From an uncultured Chloroflexia bacterium (GTDB taxonomy: Bacteria > Chloroflexota > Limnocylindria > Limnocylindrales > CSP1-4), in NCBI GenBank assembly GCA_963715245.1, contig CAVQRM010000001.1:643188-707187 (forward strand): DNA of 64,000 nucleotides, written 5' to 3'. Position numbers and translations under genes: made by a program. Below are positions 9,797 to 22,710 of the stretch, one piece after another; within the stretch, counting starts at the first letter, position 1; each line of letters opens with the position of its first letter. The notes beneath the pieces are model-generated. The model was not told the DNA's origin, ran no database searches, and worked only from the letters and a program-made list of their open reading frames with translations.

Positions 9797-10845
9797 TCAG
9801 CTGCCGGCGGACCCGTCGATCTCGATCGTGACGGTCATGTTCCAGCGCAGGCCGGCGGGTACCTCGCCCGTCGGCGCGACGACCACGCGGAACGTGATGT
9901 CGCCCTGGACCGAGGCGCCGTAGCCGCCGACCGACTCGACCGTCCCGGCGATCTCGCTGCCGGGGAGCGCGTCGACGGTCACGGTCGCCGGCGCGCCCAC
10001 GGATACCCGCGCGACCGACGACTCCGACAGGTCGCTGGTCTCGAACCGCCACTCGGTCGGGTCCGCGAGCCGTACGAGCACGACGCCCGGCTGGACGCGG
10101 TCCCCGACCTGGGGCTCGATCGACACGACGGTCCCGGCGAACGGCGCGGTGATCGTGAACTGTCCACGCGCGATGGTGGCGGCCTCGAGCGCCGCCTGGG
10201 CCCGTGCCTGCTCGGCCGTCGCGGCGGCCACGGCGGCCTCGGCCGCATCCACGCCGGCGCGCGCCTGCGTCCGCTGCGCCCGGGCCCGGTCGAGGGTGGC
10301 GGCCGCCTGGTCGACCTGGGCGTCGAGCTGTCGCTCCTGGGCCGAGGATGCGGCGTTGGGCAGGGCATCCCGGGCGGCGATCGCGGCACGCCGGGCCGCT
10401 GCCGCTTCCTCGGCGCCCGCCTGCGCCGCGTCCGCGGCGGCGCGCGCCTGGCCAGGGCGGCTTCGGCCTGCGCGACGCCGGCCGTGGCGGCCTCGACCGC
10501 CGCCTCGGCCTGGGCCACGTCACCGTCCACGGTCGCCGTGTCGAGCCCCAGCAGCACGTCGCCGGCGGCGACGGTGTCGCCCTCCATGACCGGCAGCGAT
10601 GCCACCGTGCCCACGACGCGGGCCTGGAGCTCGATCGCCCGCGCGGGGACGGCCCGGCCCTCCGCGACGACGCCCGAGTCGGCCGGGATGACGCCCGGTG
10701 CGGACGCCTCGGGGGATGCCTCGGCGGTCGCACCCCCGAACGCGCCGTTCGCGACCGCGACCGCCACGGCGATGCCGATGACGACGACGGTGATCAGCCC
10801 GATGGGCAGCATCGAGCGGCGGCGCGGGGAGGGGTCAGCGGTCAT
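9797..10845 (-). CDS. efflux membrane-fusion (periplasmic adaptor, HlyD/MacA-like) protein; apparent frameshift ~10440 in an Ala-rich coiled-coil region
   Basis: N-terminal TM + …VVAEGRAVPARAIELQARVVGTVASLPVMEGDTVAAGDVLLGLD… (ORF 9979..10845). C-terminal beta-barrel part …FTITAPFAGTVVSIEPQVGDRVQPGVVLVRLADP… is in ORF 9797..10252. Confidence 0.65.
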
Positions 10846-10890
10846 GGGGTGCCTCGTGACGGTTCGGAGAGATCATGCCCAAGTCGGTGC

Positions 10891-13290
10891 TCATTCGTAG
10901 GCGAGGACCTCGCGGACGGCGAGGCGGGTGGCGCGCCAGGCGGGCAGGAACGACGCGATCGCGGCAAGGATCGCCACGGCGAGCAGCCAGAACCCGATCC
11001 CGTCGAGCGCCGGCGTGAAGGCCAGCGGCCGCTGGACGAACGACTCGCCCAGGGCGTCCGAGAGGACCTTGGAGATGGGCAGCGAGATGAGCACGCCGAT
11101 CATCCAGGCGAGGAGCCCGATGAGCAGCCCCTCCGCGAGGAACACGAGGAGGACGGCCCGATCGCGCGCCCCGATCGCGCGCATCACCCCGATCTCGCGC
11201 GACCGCTCGACGACGTTCATGGTCATCGTCCCGGCGAGGCCGAGTGCGCCCACGACGCCCAGCAGCAGCGCCATGACCGAGACGAACAGGAGCATCGCCG
11301 CGAACAGCTGGTCGATCGACGCGCGGATCTCGGAACGCGTCTGCACCGCCGTCGTCTGGAAGCCCGCCCGCTCGAGCGTGTCGCGGACCGCGATGCCCGT
11401 CCGGAGCTCGGCGTCGGGATCGGCCCCCTCGGTCACGAGCATGAGGATCCCCGCCTTGCCCGGCTCCCGGTTGAGGGTCTCGATCGCCGTCGACGGCGCG
11501 TACAGGAACGGCCGCTGGGTCGGTGACTGGACGATTCCCACCAGCGTGTAGTCCACCTCGCGTCCCTTCGTCCGGAGCGTGACCGTGTCACCGATCCCGA
11601 GGTCCGGCTCGTCGTCGAGGAAGTTGCGGGTGACCACGAGCGCGTTCCCGTCGCCGGGGAGCAGGAACCGGCCCTCCTCGAGGACCGGGCGCACGGTCTG
11701 GGCGCCGTCCGGGAGCCCGAACACGATCTGGTTCGAGCCCGTGGTGTCGTCCGGGCGGACCCGCTGGGCAGAGGCGAAGGTCCACGGCTCCGCGGCAACG
11801 ACGCCCGGAACCTGCTCCGCGGTCCGGACGAGGATCGAGGTCCGGGCCGGCTCGACGAGGCCGACCTGGACGTTGTAGTTGAAGTAGTCGAGGGTCTCCT
11901 CGACGGTCCCGACGAGCGACGCGCGCAGCGTGAACACGGACATGAACACCGCCCCGCCCAGCGTCAGCGCCGCCAGGGTCAGGATCAACCGGGACTTGCG
12001 CCGGAACGTGTTGCGGATCGACAGGAGCGTCGGGCGTGACGGGCCCTTGATCCCCTGGATGAACCGGTCGAAGCGGGACCGGCCGAACGTGTCGGACAGG
12101 CCGGCGTTCGAGATCGCCTCGCGCACGGTCACCCGGACGCCGCGCCACACCGGCCACGCGGCGGCCGCCATCGGCACGACGAGCCCGATCGCGATCTCGA
12201 GCGCGAGGACCTGCGGGGGGAGGAAGAACCGTGGCGCCTCGAAGTTGACGAGCCCGGCGGTGAACTGCGTCAGCCCCCAGGCGCCGAGCGCGCCCATCGG
12301 CAGGGCGACCACGAGGGCGAGCAGCGCATACCCCAGGACGATGCCGAAATAGACCCCGGCGACCTGCCCGTCCCGCGCCCCGACGGCCTTCATCATCCCG
12401 ATCTGCCGCGTCTGCTGGGCGAGGATCGCGCTGATCGTGTTGATCACGAGGAACCCCGACACCAGCAGGCTGAGCCCGCCGATCGCGCCGAGGATGAGGA
12501 ACAGCGCGTTGAGCACGTCCTGGGCCGGGTGCTCGCCGGGCGTCGCCACGCGCATGAACGCGACCGGCGCGCCGGCCTTCTCCAGGCGGTCTCGGACGGC
12601 GTTGGCGACGACCCGCATCTCGGCACGGGTGGCGTCGGGGTCGTCGACGCGGATCCGCAGCTCGTCGAAGGAGTCGTCGAAGCCGAGGTCGGCGAGGGTG
12701 TCGAACGTGACGTAGCCGATGAGCTGGCCGAAGAAGAACGCGGGCGCGCCGCCCGGCTCGTGGGCGAAGCCGGCGGTGGTGATCGGCTTCGTGCGGTCCG
12801 GGCCGAGCTGGACGGTCTCGACTCGCCCTTCCTCGAGGGGCGTCAGCCCGCGGCTCGAGCGCTCGAACACGACCTCGCCGCGCTTCGGCGGCCAGCTCCC
12901 CGACTCGCTGCTGACGAGGTCCATCGTCTGGGCGGTGAAGTCCGGGATCGCGTTGAGCACGAGCTCGAGCGACTCGTCCGGGCCCGTGACGAGGCGGACG
13001 GTCGCGGACCGCCGGCCCTCGGCGTCGCCGACGCCGGGCATCGCCCGCACGATCTCGACGAGATCCTTGTCGAACGGGACGGTCGTGAACAGGCTGGCCG
13101 AGCTCGGTCTCGTCTCCGCGTAGCCCTCGGACAGGTTCGCCTGGAGCAGCGCGTTCGCCCCCGCGATCGTCCCGACGGCGGCGACGCCGACGGCGATCGA
13201 CAGGACGACGAGCAGGCTCCGGACCCGGTGCTCGCGGAGGTCTCGCCAGACCTTGCGCCACCGGACCGAGCCGACGGCGAGCAGCGGCAC
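10891..13290 (-). CDS. FtsX-family ABC efflux permease with two FtsX domains (MacB/DevC-like, permease only)
   Basis: 799-aa ORF with two 4-TM FtsX repeats, each preceded by a large extracytoplasmic domain. Gene order is adaptor then permease. No ATPase in the window. Confidence 0.75.
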   Translation of the reverse strand: MPLLAVGSVRWRKVWRDLREHRVRSLLVVLSIAVGVAAVGTIAGANALLQANLSEGYAETRPSSASLFTTVPFDKDLVEIVRAMPGVGDAEGRRSATVRLVTGPDESLELVLNAIPDFTAQTMDLVSSESGSWPPKRGEVVFERSSRGLTPLEEGRVETVQLGPDRTKPITTAGFAHEPGGAPAFFFGQLIGYVTFDTLADLGFDDSFDELRIRVDDPDATRAEMRVVANAVRDRLEKAGAPVAFMRVATPGEHPAQDVLNALFLILGAIGGLSLLVSGFLVINTISAILAQQTRQIGMMKAVGARDGQVAGVYFGIVLGYALLALVVALPMGALGAWGLTQFTAGLVNFEAPRFFLPPQVLALEIAIGLVVPMAAAAWPVWRGVRVTVREAISNAGLSDTFGRSRFDRFIQGIKGPSRPTLLSIRNTFRRKSRLILTLAALTLGGAVFMSVFTLRASLVGTVEETLDYFNYNVQVGLVEPARTSILVRTAEQVPGVVAAEPWTFASAQRVRPDDTTGSNQIVFGLPDGAQTVRPVLEEGRFLLPGDGNALVVTRNFLDDEPDLGIGDTVTLRTKGREVDYTLVGIVQSPTQRPFLYAPSTAIETLNREPGKAGILMLVTEGADPDAELRTGIAVRDTLERAGFQTTAVQTRSEIRASIDQLFAAMLLFVSVMALLLGVVGALGLAGTMTMNVVERSREIGVMRAIGARDRAVLLVFLAEGLLIGLLAWMIGVLISLPISKVLSDALGESFVQRPLAFTPALDGIGFWLLAVAILAAIASFLPAWRATRLAVREVLAYE

Positions 13291-13459
13291 GCGTTCCTCC
13301 GGGATCGGCGAGGCGCGGCGGGCGGGTGCGGTGCCGGCCTCGGCGCCGAGTCTAGCCGCGAACGCTCGAACCGGCGGGCGGTCGGGTCCCGGCCTCGCAT
13401 CGTGGCGGGACGGCCGCTACGCGCTTCACTCGACGGGCAGCGAGACGGAGAGCGACGAG

Positions 13460-13654
13460 GTGGCGATCACCGGCCGCGCCGTCGAGTGGGAGGACGACCC
13501 GGTGTTCCGGAGCCGGGCCGCGGCGGCCATGCCGTTCGAGGTGCCGGCGGACCACCGCCTGTTCGAGCTCGGTATCGAGACGGTGCTGTGGGCCGCGTAT
13601 CCCACCCCGCCGACGTTCCCGCCTGCCTATCACCGCTGGCCGCCACGCAGCTGA
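13460..13654 (+). CDS. candidate small ORF (~65 aa) in the 580-nt region upstream of the tyrosine phenol-lyase gene
   Basis: Segment of ORF 13253..13654 with GC3 >90% and typical codon choice (…VEWEDDPVFRSRAAAAMPFEVPADHRLFELGIETVLWAAYPTPPTF…). Followed by an imperfect hairpin GCGCCCACG-cgac-CGTGGCGCC. No homology recognised. Confidence 0.25.
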   Translation: MAITGRAVEWEDDPVFRSRAAAAMPFEVPADHRLFELGIETVLWAAYPTPPTFPPAYHRWPPRS

Positions 13655-13754
13655 GCGCCCACGCGACGTGGCGCCGCGACATTCGGCCCGCGACGGAGCG
13701 GTCGAACGGACCGCGCGCCACGGACGGGCGTGCGGCAGCGTAGGCTGCCAGTAA

Positions 13755-15281
<1,527 letters not shown>

Positions 15282-15362
15282 GGCCTTCGGGACAGGGCCG
15301 GTTGCGAAGGGCGTCGCGGCCCGCGTTCGCGCGCCGGCGCGGCTGCTAGCATCCGGCGCGGA

Positions 15363-16991
15363 ATGGATCGCTCGAAGCTCCCGCCGCTGTCGTCGATCAT
15401 CGGCGACCTGTTCACCGACAGGAAGGCGTTCGGGACGCTCGTCGCGGGGGCGGCGGCGCTGTTCGCCGTGGGCCTCGACCCGCGGATCTGGGCGCCCCAG
15501 CTGTCCACGGTCCAGGCGGCCGTCCGGGCCCGGCCGGAGCTCGAGACGGTCATCCTCGTCAACGGGCTGCTCGCCGCGATCTTCCTGGTCGCGGGCGGTG
15601 CCGTCGGCGACCTGTCGCGCACCCGTCCGATCATCCGGGGCGGCCTGCTCGTCCTCCTCGCGGGCGCGATCCTCGGCCTGCTGCCCGTGGACTCGGTCCT
15701 GTTCGGCGTCGGCCGGGTTGCGACCAACATCGCCGGTGCGTTCGTGTTCCCTGTCGCGCTCGCCTCCGTGGCCCTCGCCTACACGGGGATCGCGCGCGCG
15801 ACCGCGATCGGCGTCGCCTACGGCGCCTTCGGGGCCGCGCAGGCGGTGATGCCGATTCTGCTCACGATCATCCCGGGCGTGTACCTCCCCGGGATGATCG
15901 CCGAGATCCTCGTCGTGCTGGTCGCGATCCGCCTGACCTGGCCGCGCGACTTCGACCTGCCGCGACCGGCGCGGCACGAGCGGCCGTATGTCCTGGGCAC
16001 CGCGCTCTGGGCGTCCGGCATCGTCGCGCTGACGACCGGCCTGTTCTGGATCGGCGGCGGATGGGACAACCTGGTTCGGCTGGGGATCATCGCGCTGGGG
16101 ATCGGCCTGCTCGTGGCGTTCCTCGCCGAGGAGCGATGGCGCCGCCGCCAGCAACCGGAGGCGGTCCGCGTCGACCGTCGGCCGGTGACCGTCGCCCTGT
16201 TCGTCGGCGTCGTGATCGCCGTCGCGCAGAACATTCCGATGCTCCAGTTGCCGCAGTACTTCTCCATCGTGCTCGGCTTCGGGCCGCTGTTCGGTGTCGT
16301 CGCGGTGGCGCCGCTGTTCCTCGCGCTCGTCGCCGCCGGGCCGGTCGCCGGCTACCTGCTCGCCCGCGTGTCGCCGCGCGCGCTCGTCGGTGGCGGCGTC
16401 GTCGCCGTGGGGCTCGGCAACGTCGTCCTCGCCCTGCTGATCGGACCCACGTCGAGCTACGTCGGGTTCATCGTGCCACTGGCAGTCGTCGGCGCCGGGT
16501 TCGTGATCGCGACCTCCGTGCGGACGGCGATCATCTTTGCCAGCGTGCCGCGCGGCCTGCCGGCGACGGCCGCCGCCCTCAACGAGGCGTCGATCGCGGT
16601 CGGGAACCGGGTCGGCATCCTCGTGTCCACGGCGATCGTCGGCGTGATCGCCATGTCCACGCTCGACGCGAGCCTCGTGGGCGTGGCGCCCGACCTGGTG
16701 GCGGCCCAGCGCTCCCAGTTCGAGGAGCTGCTCGGGGTGCTCGGGACGCCTGCCTTCACGTCGGTGGCCGGGGCCGTCCAGCCGGCCGATGCTGCCGGGT
16801 ACGCGGAGGCCTACGTCGCGGGCATCCGGGCGGCGCTGCTGGCGGGTGGGGTCGCGGCGGTGATCGGCGGCGTCATCGCCTGGGTCTTCCTCGGCCGCCG
16901 GGATCCGCTGGGCACGATCTGGGAGCACCGCGACGAGCGAGCGGTGGCTCCGTCCGCCGGCGGAGTAGCCCCGCCTGACGCCCAGGCTTGA
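15363..16991 (+). CDS. MFS transporter (14-TM-like, DHA2-type)
   Basis: 542-aa polytopic hydrophobic protein directly downstream of tpl. Confidence 0.65.
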   Translation: MDRSKLPPLSSIIGDLFTDRKAFGTLVAGAAALFAVGLDPRIWAPQLSTVQAAVRARPELETVILVNGLLAAIFLVAGGAVGDLSRTRPIIRGGLLVLLAGAILGLLPVDSVLFGVGRVATNIAGAFVFPVALASVALAYTGIARATAIGVAYGAFGAAQAVMPILLTIIPGVYLPGMIAEILVVLVAIRLTWPRDFDLPRPARHERPYVLGTALWASGIVALTTGLFWIGGGWDNLVRLGIIALGIGLLVAFLAEERWRRRQQPEAVRVDRRPVTVALFVGVVIAVAQNIPMLQLPQYFSIVLGFGPLFGVVAVAPLFLALVAAGPVAGYLLARVSPRALVGGGVVAVGLGNVVLALLIGPTSSYVGFIVPLAVVGAGFVIATSVRTAIIFASVPRGLPATAAALNEASIAVGNRVGILVSTAIVGVIAMSTLDASLVGVAPDLVAAQRSQFEELLGVLGTPAFTSVAGAVQPADAAGYAEAYVAGIRAALLAGGVAAVIGGVIAWVFLGRRDPLGTIWEHRDERAVAPSAGGVAPPDAQA

Positions 16992-17082
16992 CAGCGGCGA
17001 TGTCGCGGGTCGCTAATTGCGGCACCGGCCAGGCAGCAGGAGCGGTGATCCAGATGCCCACTTCGCGCGCCCCGCGGACCGC

Positions 17083-17883
17083 ATGACGGACGGGCCCGTC
17101 CTCCGCACGTCTCGGGCCGGAGCTCGTGGCGACATCCTGGTGCTCACGCTGGCACGGCCGAGCGCCCTCAACGCGATCGACAACGCCGTGCTGGCGGCGC
17201 TCCACGAATCGCTCGACGCGCTCGAGGCAGCCGAGTCGGCCCCGTCCCCGCGAGCGGTCGTCCTCACCGGGGAGGGGGGTCGCGCGTTCTCGACCGGGAT
17301 GGACCTCAAGGAGCGGGCACGGTTCGACGACGATGACCTCCGCGCCCAGCGGCGCGAGATCGTCCGGTTGATCACCAGGGTCCATGAGCTTCCGATCCCG
17401 GTCGTCGCCGCCGTCGAGGGGTTCGCGCTCGCCGGGGGGTTCGAGCTGGCGCTCGCGTGCGACCTTATCGTCGCGTCGTCCGAGGCCTCGTTCGGGCTGC
17501 CCGAGGTCAAGGTGGGGATCTTCCCCGGCGGCGGGAGCACGCAGACGCTCACCTGGCTCGTCGGCCCGGCGCGGGCCCGGGACATCATCCTCACCGGCCG
17601 GCGGCTGACGGCGGATGAGGCCGAGCGGTGGGGGATCGCCGCGCGGGTCGTGGGGGCGGGCGGTGCGCTCGCCGCGGCGATCGAGCTGGCGCAGGGGATC
17701 GCCAACGGCGCGCCGATCGGGGTCCGGCAGGCGAGGGCGGCGATCCGCGGCGCGCACCGCTCGCTCGCCGAGGGCCTCGCCGCCGAGAACGCGCTGTACG
17801 AGGAGGTGCTCGTCTCGGAGGACCGCCGCGAGGGGTTCCGGGCCTTCGCCGAGAAGCGCCCGCCGCGGTTCGAGGGCCGCTGA
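17083..17883 (+). CDS. enoyl-CoA hydratase/isomerase (crotonase) family, probable methylglutaconyl-CoA hydratase
   Basis: …[11 protein letters not shown]…[27 protein letters not shown]…[20 protein letters not shown]… Operon context with MCC subunits and HMG-CoA lyase. Confidence 0.75.
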   Translation: MTDGPVLRTSRAGARGDILVLTLARPSALNAIDNAVLAALHESLDALEAAESAPSPRAVVLTGEGGRAFSTGMDLKERARFDDDDLRAQRREIVRLITRVHELPIPVVAAVEGFALAGGFELALACDLIVASSEASFGLPEVKVGIFPGGGSTQTLTWLVGPARARDIILTGRRLTADEAERWGIAARVVGAGGALAAAIELAQGIANGAPIGVRQARAAIRGAHRSLAEGLAAENALYEEVLVSEDRREGFRAFAEKRPPRFEGR

Positions 17884-17884
17884 C

Positions 17885-19489
17885 GTGGGGGTGATCCGCG
17901 AGCGGCCGCGCGGCCCGGACTGGGACGCGAACCGGGAGGCGAACCTCGCGCTCGTCGCGGAGCTGCGGGAGCGGCTCGCGGTCGTTCGCCGGGGTGGCGG
18001 CGAGGAAGCGGTCGCGAAGCACCGCGCCCGGGGCAAGCTCCTCGCCCGGGAGCGGATCGACCGGCTGGTGGACCCGGGGACGCCGTTCCTCGAGCTCTCG
18101 GCGCTGGCCGCCACGGACCTCTACGGCGGAGATGCCCCGTCCGCGGGGATCGTCACCGGCATCGGCGTCGTCGGCGGGCGCCAGGTCGCGATCGTGGCCA
18201 ACGACGCGACGGTCAAGGGTGGCACCTACTTCCCGGTGACGGTGAAGAAGCACCTGCGGCTCCAGGAGATCGCCGCCGAGAACCGGCTGCCGTGCGTGTA
18301 CCTCGTGGACAGCGGCGGTGCGTTCCTCCCGCTCCAGGACGAGGTGTTCCCGGACCGCGAGCACTTCGGCCGCATCTTCTACAACCAGGCGAACCTGTCC
18401 GCGGCTGGGATCGCGCAGATCGCGGTGGTGATGGGCTCGTCCACGGCCGGCGGCGCATACGTCCCGGCGATGAGCGACGAGACGGTGATCGTGAAGGGCA
18501 CCGGGACGATCTTCATCGGCGGTCCACCGCTCGTGAAGGCGGCGACGGGCGAGGAGGTGACCGCGGAGGACCTCGGCGGGGCGGACGTGCACACCCGGAC
18601 CAGCGGCGTCGCGGACCACTTCGCCGACGACGACGAGCACGCGCTGGCGATCGCGCGCCGGATCCTCGCGAACGTGCCGGCGGTCAGGCCGGTCCTCCCG
18701 TGGGAGGTGGCGCCGGCGCGCGAGCCGCTGTACGACCCGGCCGACCTGTACGGGCTCGTGCCCGCGGACCTGCGGGTCGCGTTCGACGTCCGCGACGTCA
18801 TCGCCCGAATCGTCGACGGGTCCGAGCTCGCCGAGTTCAAGGCGCGCTACGGGACGACGCTCGTGACGGGCTTCGCGCGGATCATGGGCTACCCGGTGGG
18901 CATCGTCGCCAACAACGGGATCCTGTTCAGCGAGTCGTCGCTCAAGGGCGCCCACTTCATCGAGCTGTGCGCGAAGCGGAAGATCCCGCTCGTGTTCCTC
19001 CAGAACATCACCGGGTTCATGGTGGGGCGCGAGTACGAGAACCGGGGGCTGGCGCGGGACGGCGCGAAGATGGTGATGGCGGTCGCCAACGCGCGGGTGC
19101 CGAAGTTCACGGTCGTCGTCGGCGGATCGTTCGGGGCAGGGAACTACGGGATGGCGGGGCGTGCCTTCTCGCCGCGCCAGCTGTGGATGTGGCCGAACGC
19201 GCGGATCAGCGTGATGGGCGGGCCGCAGGCGGCGAGCGTGCTGCTCCAGGTCCGGATGGACAACCTCGCCCGCGAGGGCCGGACGATGACGCCCGACGAG
19301 CAGGCGGCGTTCATGGCGCCGACGCTCGAGACGTACGAGCGCCAGGGCTCGCCCTGGTACTCGACCGCGCGGCTGTGGGACGACAGCGTCATCGACCCGG
19401 TCGACACGCGGATGGTGCTGGGCATGGGCCTGGCCGCGGCCTGCAACGCGCCCATCCCGGAGACGTCCTTCGGCGTCTTCCGGATGTAG
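17885..19489 (+). CDS. methylcrotonyl-CoA (acyl-CoA) carboxylase beta subunit, carboxyltransferase
   Basis: GTG start overlapping the upstream stop. Two carboxyltransferase domains (…[37 protein letters not shown]…, …[13 protein letters not shown]…). Intact. Confidence 0.75.
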   Translation: MGVIRERPRGPDWDANREANLALVAELRERLAVVRRGGGEEAVAKHRARGKLLARERIDRLVDPGTPFLELSALAATDLYGGDAPSAGIVTGIGVVGGRQVAIVANDATVKGGTYFPVTVKKHLRLQEIAAENRLPCVYLVDSGGAFLPLQDEVFPDREHFGRIFYNQANLSAAGIAQIAVVMGSSTAGGAYVPAMSDETVIVKGTGTIFIGGPPLVKAATGEEVTAEDLGGADVHTRTSGVADHFADDDEHALAIARRILANVPAVRPVLPWEVAPAREPLYDPADLYGLVPADLRVAFDVRDVIARIVDGSELAEFKARYGTTLVTGFARIMGYPVGIVANNGILFSESSLKGAHFIELCAKRKIPLVFLQNITGFMVGREYENRGLARDGAKMVMAVANARVPKFTVVVGGSFGAGNYGMAGRAFSPRQLWMWPNARISVMGGPQAASVLLQVRMDNLAREGRTMTPDEQAAFMAPTLETYERQGSPWYSTARLWDDSVIDPVDTRMVLGMGLAAACNAPIPETSFGVFRM

Positions 19490-19500
19490 GGGCGGGCGGG

Positions 19501-21514
19501 GTGTTCTCGTCGGTCCTGGTCGCCAACCGCGGGGAGATCGCGGTCCGGGTGGTACGCACCTGCCGGCGCCTAGGGATCCGGACCGTGGCCGTGTACTCGG
19601 ACGCCGATGCGCGGGCGCCGCACGTGCGGACCGCCGACGCCGCAGTGCGGCTGGGTCCCGGTCCAGCCGCGGAGAGCTACCTGCGTGGCGACCTCGTGAT
19701 CGAGGCGGCGCTCGCGTCGGGCGCCCAGGCGGTGCACCCGGGGTACGGGTTCCTCGCGGAGAACGCGGCGTTCGCGGAGGAGGTCGAACGGGCCGGCCTC
19801 GCGTGGATCGGGCCGCCGCCCGCCGCGATGCGCGCGCTGGGTGACAAGGCGCGGGCGAAGGCGCTCGCCGAGGCGAACCGTGTTCCCGTGCTAGCGGGCT
19901 ACCACGGTGACATGGCAGCAGACGACGACCTCGTCGCGGCCTCCGCGTCGGTCGGCTACCCGCTCCTGGTCAAGGCGAGCGCGGGCGGTGGCGGGCGGGG
20001 CATGCGTGTGGTGCGGGAGGCGGCCGGCCTGCCGGACGCCCTGGCGGCCGCGCGGCGGGAGGCGGCGGCCGCGTTCGGCGACGACCGGCTGCTGCTCGAG
20101 CGGTACGTGGAGCGGCCGCGCCACGTGGAGGTGCAGATCCTGGGCGATACGCACGGGACGCTCGTCCATCTCGGCGAGCGCGAGTGCTCGATCCAGCGGC
20201 GGCACCAGAAGCTGATCGAGGAGTCTCCGTCGCCCGCGGTCACGCCGGCGCTCCGTGCGGCGATGGGGGACGCCGCGCTCCGCCTCGCGCGGGCGGCCGG
20301 CTACCGGAACGCGGGCACGGTCGAGTTCCTCCTCGACGAGACCGGCGGGTTCTTCTTCCTCGAGGTCAACGCCAGGCTCCAGGTGGAGCACCCGGTCACG
20401 GAGGCCGTCACGGGGCTGGACCTCGTCGAGCAACAGCTGCGCGTCGCCGCCGGCGAGCCGCTCGGGTTCGGGCAGGCCGACGTCCGCCTGGACGGGGCGG
20501 CGATCGAGGTCCGGGTCGTCGCCGAGGACGCGGCGGCCGGGTTCCTCCCGGCGACCGGCAGGGTGACCGCGTTCGACGTGCCCGACGGGGTCCGCGTGGA
20601 CACGGGCGTCGAGGCCGGCACGGAGGTCTCGCCGTTCTACGACTCGCTCGTGGCCAAGCTGATCGTCCACGCGACGGACCGGGCCGAGGCGCTCGACCGC
20701 CTCGGAGAGGCCCTCGACGGCGTTCGGCTCGAGGGCGTCGCCACGAACCTGGACCTGCTCGCGGCGGTCGTCTCGGAGCCCGCGTTCCGCGCCGGTGACC
20801 TCCACACGGGCTTCCTCGAGGAGCATGGCCTGGTGGCCGGGCTGTCGGCCGTCGAATTCGACGGTGGTCGCGGCGGCCGCGGCCGTGCGGTCACTGGCGC
20901 CGGCCCGTGCCGATCTCCGCGGTGGCCCAGGGGCCCGGGGCGCGTGGGCGGCGGGGCGCCCGTGGCGGCTCGGCGGGATCGGGGAGCCGACCCGCTGGAT
21001 CGCCGGTGGCCGGACGGTGGACGCGGTCACGGACCGGACCGGGTCCGGCGGGACAGGGGTCGTGCGCGTCGACGGGGCGGTGATCGAGGTCATGCTCGTC
21101 GGGACCGACGAAGACGGCTGGACCGTCCTCGTCGGGGGCCGGCCCGCGCTGGTCCGCCCCGCGACGGGGGCACGGGTCGTGGACACCGTCACCGTCGGCG
21201 GACGGCGCCATCGGCTGCGGCTCGCGCCGCCTCCCTCACCCGAGGCACTGGGCCCCGACTCGGACGAGCCCGACGCGCTCGCGGCCCCGATGCCCGGCCG
21301 GATCGTCCGCATCCACGTCGCGGAGGGTGATCACGTCGTCGCGACCGACCCGTTGCTGGTGCTCGAGGCGATGAAGATGGAGCATGTGATCGCGGCGACG
21401 GCGCCCGGTCGCGTCGCGCGGCTGTTCGCCGCCGTCGGCGACCAGGTGGGGCGAGGCGACCCGCTCATCGAGCTCGTGGCGGCCGGCGACGACGACCCGC
21501 AGGGAGACGACTGA
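19501..21514 (+). CDS. methylcrotonyl-CoA/acyl-CoA carboxylase alpha subunit (biotin carboxylase + BCCP); apparent frameshift ~20870 between BC and BCCP domains
   Basis: ATP-grasp biotin carboxylase (…YPLLVKASAGGGGRGMRVV…EVNARLQVEHPVTE…) in the frame of ORF 18292..21330. Biotinyl domain with EAMKME in ORF 20795..21514. Confidence 0.7.
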
Positions 21515-21515
21515 G

Positions 21516-22460
21516 ATGCCGATGCCGGAGCGCGTGACGATCGTCGAGGTCGGGCCGCGCGACGGGCTCCAGAACGAGGCCGCGGCCATCCCGACCGAGG
21601 TCAAGGTCGGGTTCATCGATCGCCTGTCCGCGGCCGGGCTCCCCGTCATCGAGGCGACCTCGTTCGTCCACCCGCGGGCCGTCCCGCAGCTCGCCGACGC
21701 GGACGAGGTGCTGCCCGCGATCGACCGCGCGCCCGGCGTGCGCTACCCGGTCCTCGTCCCGACGCCGCGCGGCCTCGAGCGGGCGATCGCGGCCGGCGCC
21801 GACGAGATCGCGGTCGTCATCGGCGCAACCGACGAGTTCAACCGGGCGAACCTCAACCGGACGGTCGAGGAGGCGCTATCCGATGCCGCTCGCGTGATCG
21901 AGGGCGCGACGGGCCGCGCGATGCGCGTCCGTGGCTATGTCTCGGTCGCCTTCGGCTGCCCGTATGCGGGCGCCGTCCCGCCGGCCGCCACCGCCCGCGT
22001 TGCGGCACGCCTCGTCGCCCTCGGCTGCGCCGAGATCAGCCTGGGCGACACGATCGGCGCCGCCACGCCCGGGGATGTCCAGCGGGTCCTGGACGCGGTG
22101 GTCCCGGTCGTCGGCGTCGAGCGGCTCGGCCTCCACGCGCACGACACGCGCGGCCAGGCGCTCGCGAACGTCTACGCGGCGATGGAGCGGGGCGTGTCGG
22201 TCATCGACAGCTCGGCGGGCGGGCTCGGTGGCTGCCCGTTCGCGGGTCCGGGGGCCGTCGGCAACCTCGCCACCGAGGACCTCCTGTACTTCCTCGACGG
22301 GCTCGGGATCGCGCACGGCGTGGACCTCGACGCGGTGATGGCCGCGTCCGCGTTCATCGAGCGGTCCGTCGGCCACGGTCTGCGTAGCCCGACGTATCTC
22401 GCCGGCGGCCGGCCCGCGACGCGCCCGGTCCCGGGAACGGATCGCGACGCAAAGGTGTAG
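21516..22460 (+). CDS. hydroxymethylglutaryl-CoA lyase
   Basis: …VEVGPRDGLQNE…, …HAHDTRGQALANVYAAMERGVSVIDSSAGGLGGCPFA… are canonical HMGL motifs. Confidence 0.85.
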   Translation: MPMPERVTIVEVGPRDGLQNEAAAIPTEVKVGFIDRLSAAGLPVIEATSFVHPRAVPQLADADEVLPAIDRAPGVRYPVLVPTPRGLERAIAAGADEIAVVIGATDEFNRANLNRTVEEALSDAARVIEGATGRAMRVRGYVSVAFGCPYAGAVPPAATARVAARLVALGCAEISLGDTIGAATPGDVQRVLDAVVPVVGVERLGLHAHDTRGQALANVYAAMERGVSVIDSSAGGLGGCPFAGPGAVGNLATEDLLYFLDGLGIAHGVDLDAVMAASAFIERSVGHGLRSPTYLAGGRPATRPVPGTDRDAKV

Positions 22461-22710
22461 AAGCGACGCACACTCATTGCCGCCGGGCCGCTCGAAGGCC
22501 CCGCGGCTCGTCACGCAGGACTCGGGTGTCGTGGCCGTCGATCACCGCCCGCATCACCGCGGGGCCACGCCACGCCACGCGCTGTCCGGGAGCCGCTGGG
22601 GCCGAAGAGCGTGGTCGGTTCTCGTGGCGTCGCATGCCACGACAAGGCCCGGGCGAGGGCAACCGCGAGGCCCAGAACGACCCGGGCGGCCTCGGGACGC
22701 TACCGGGCCG

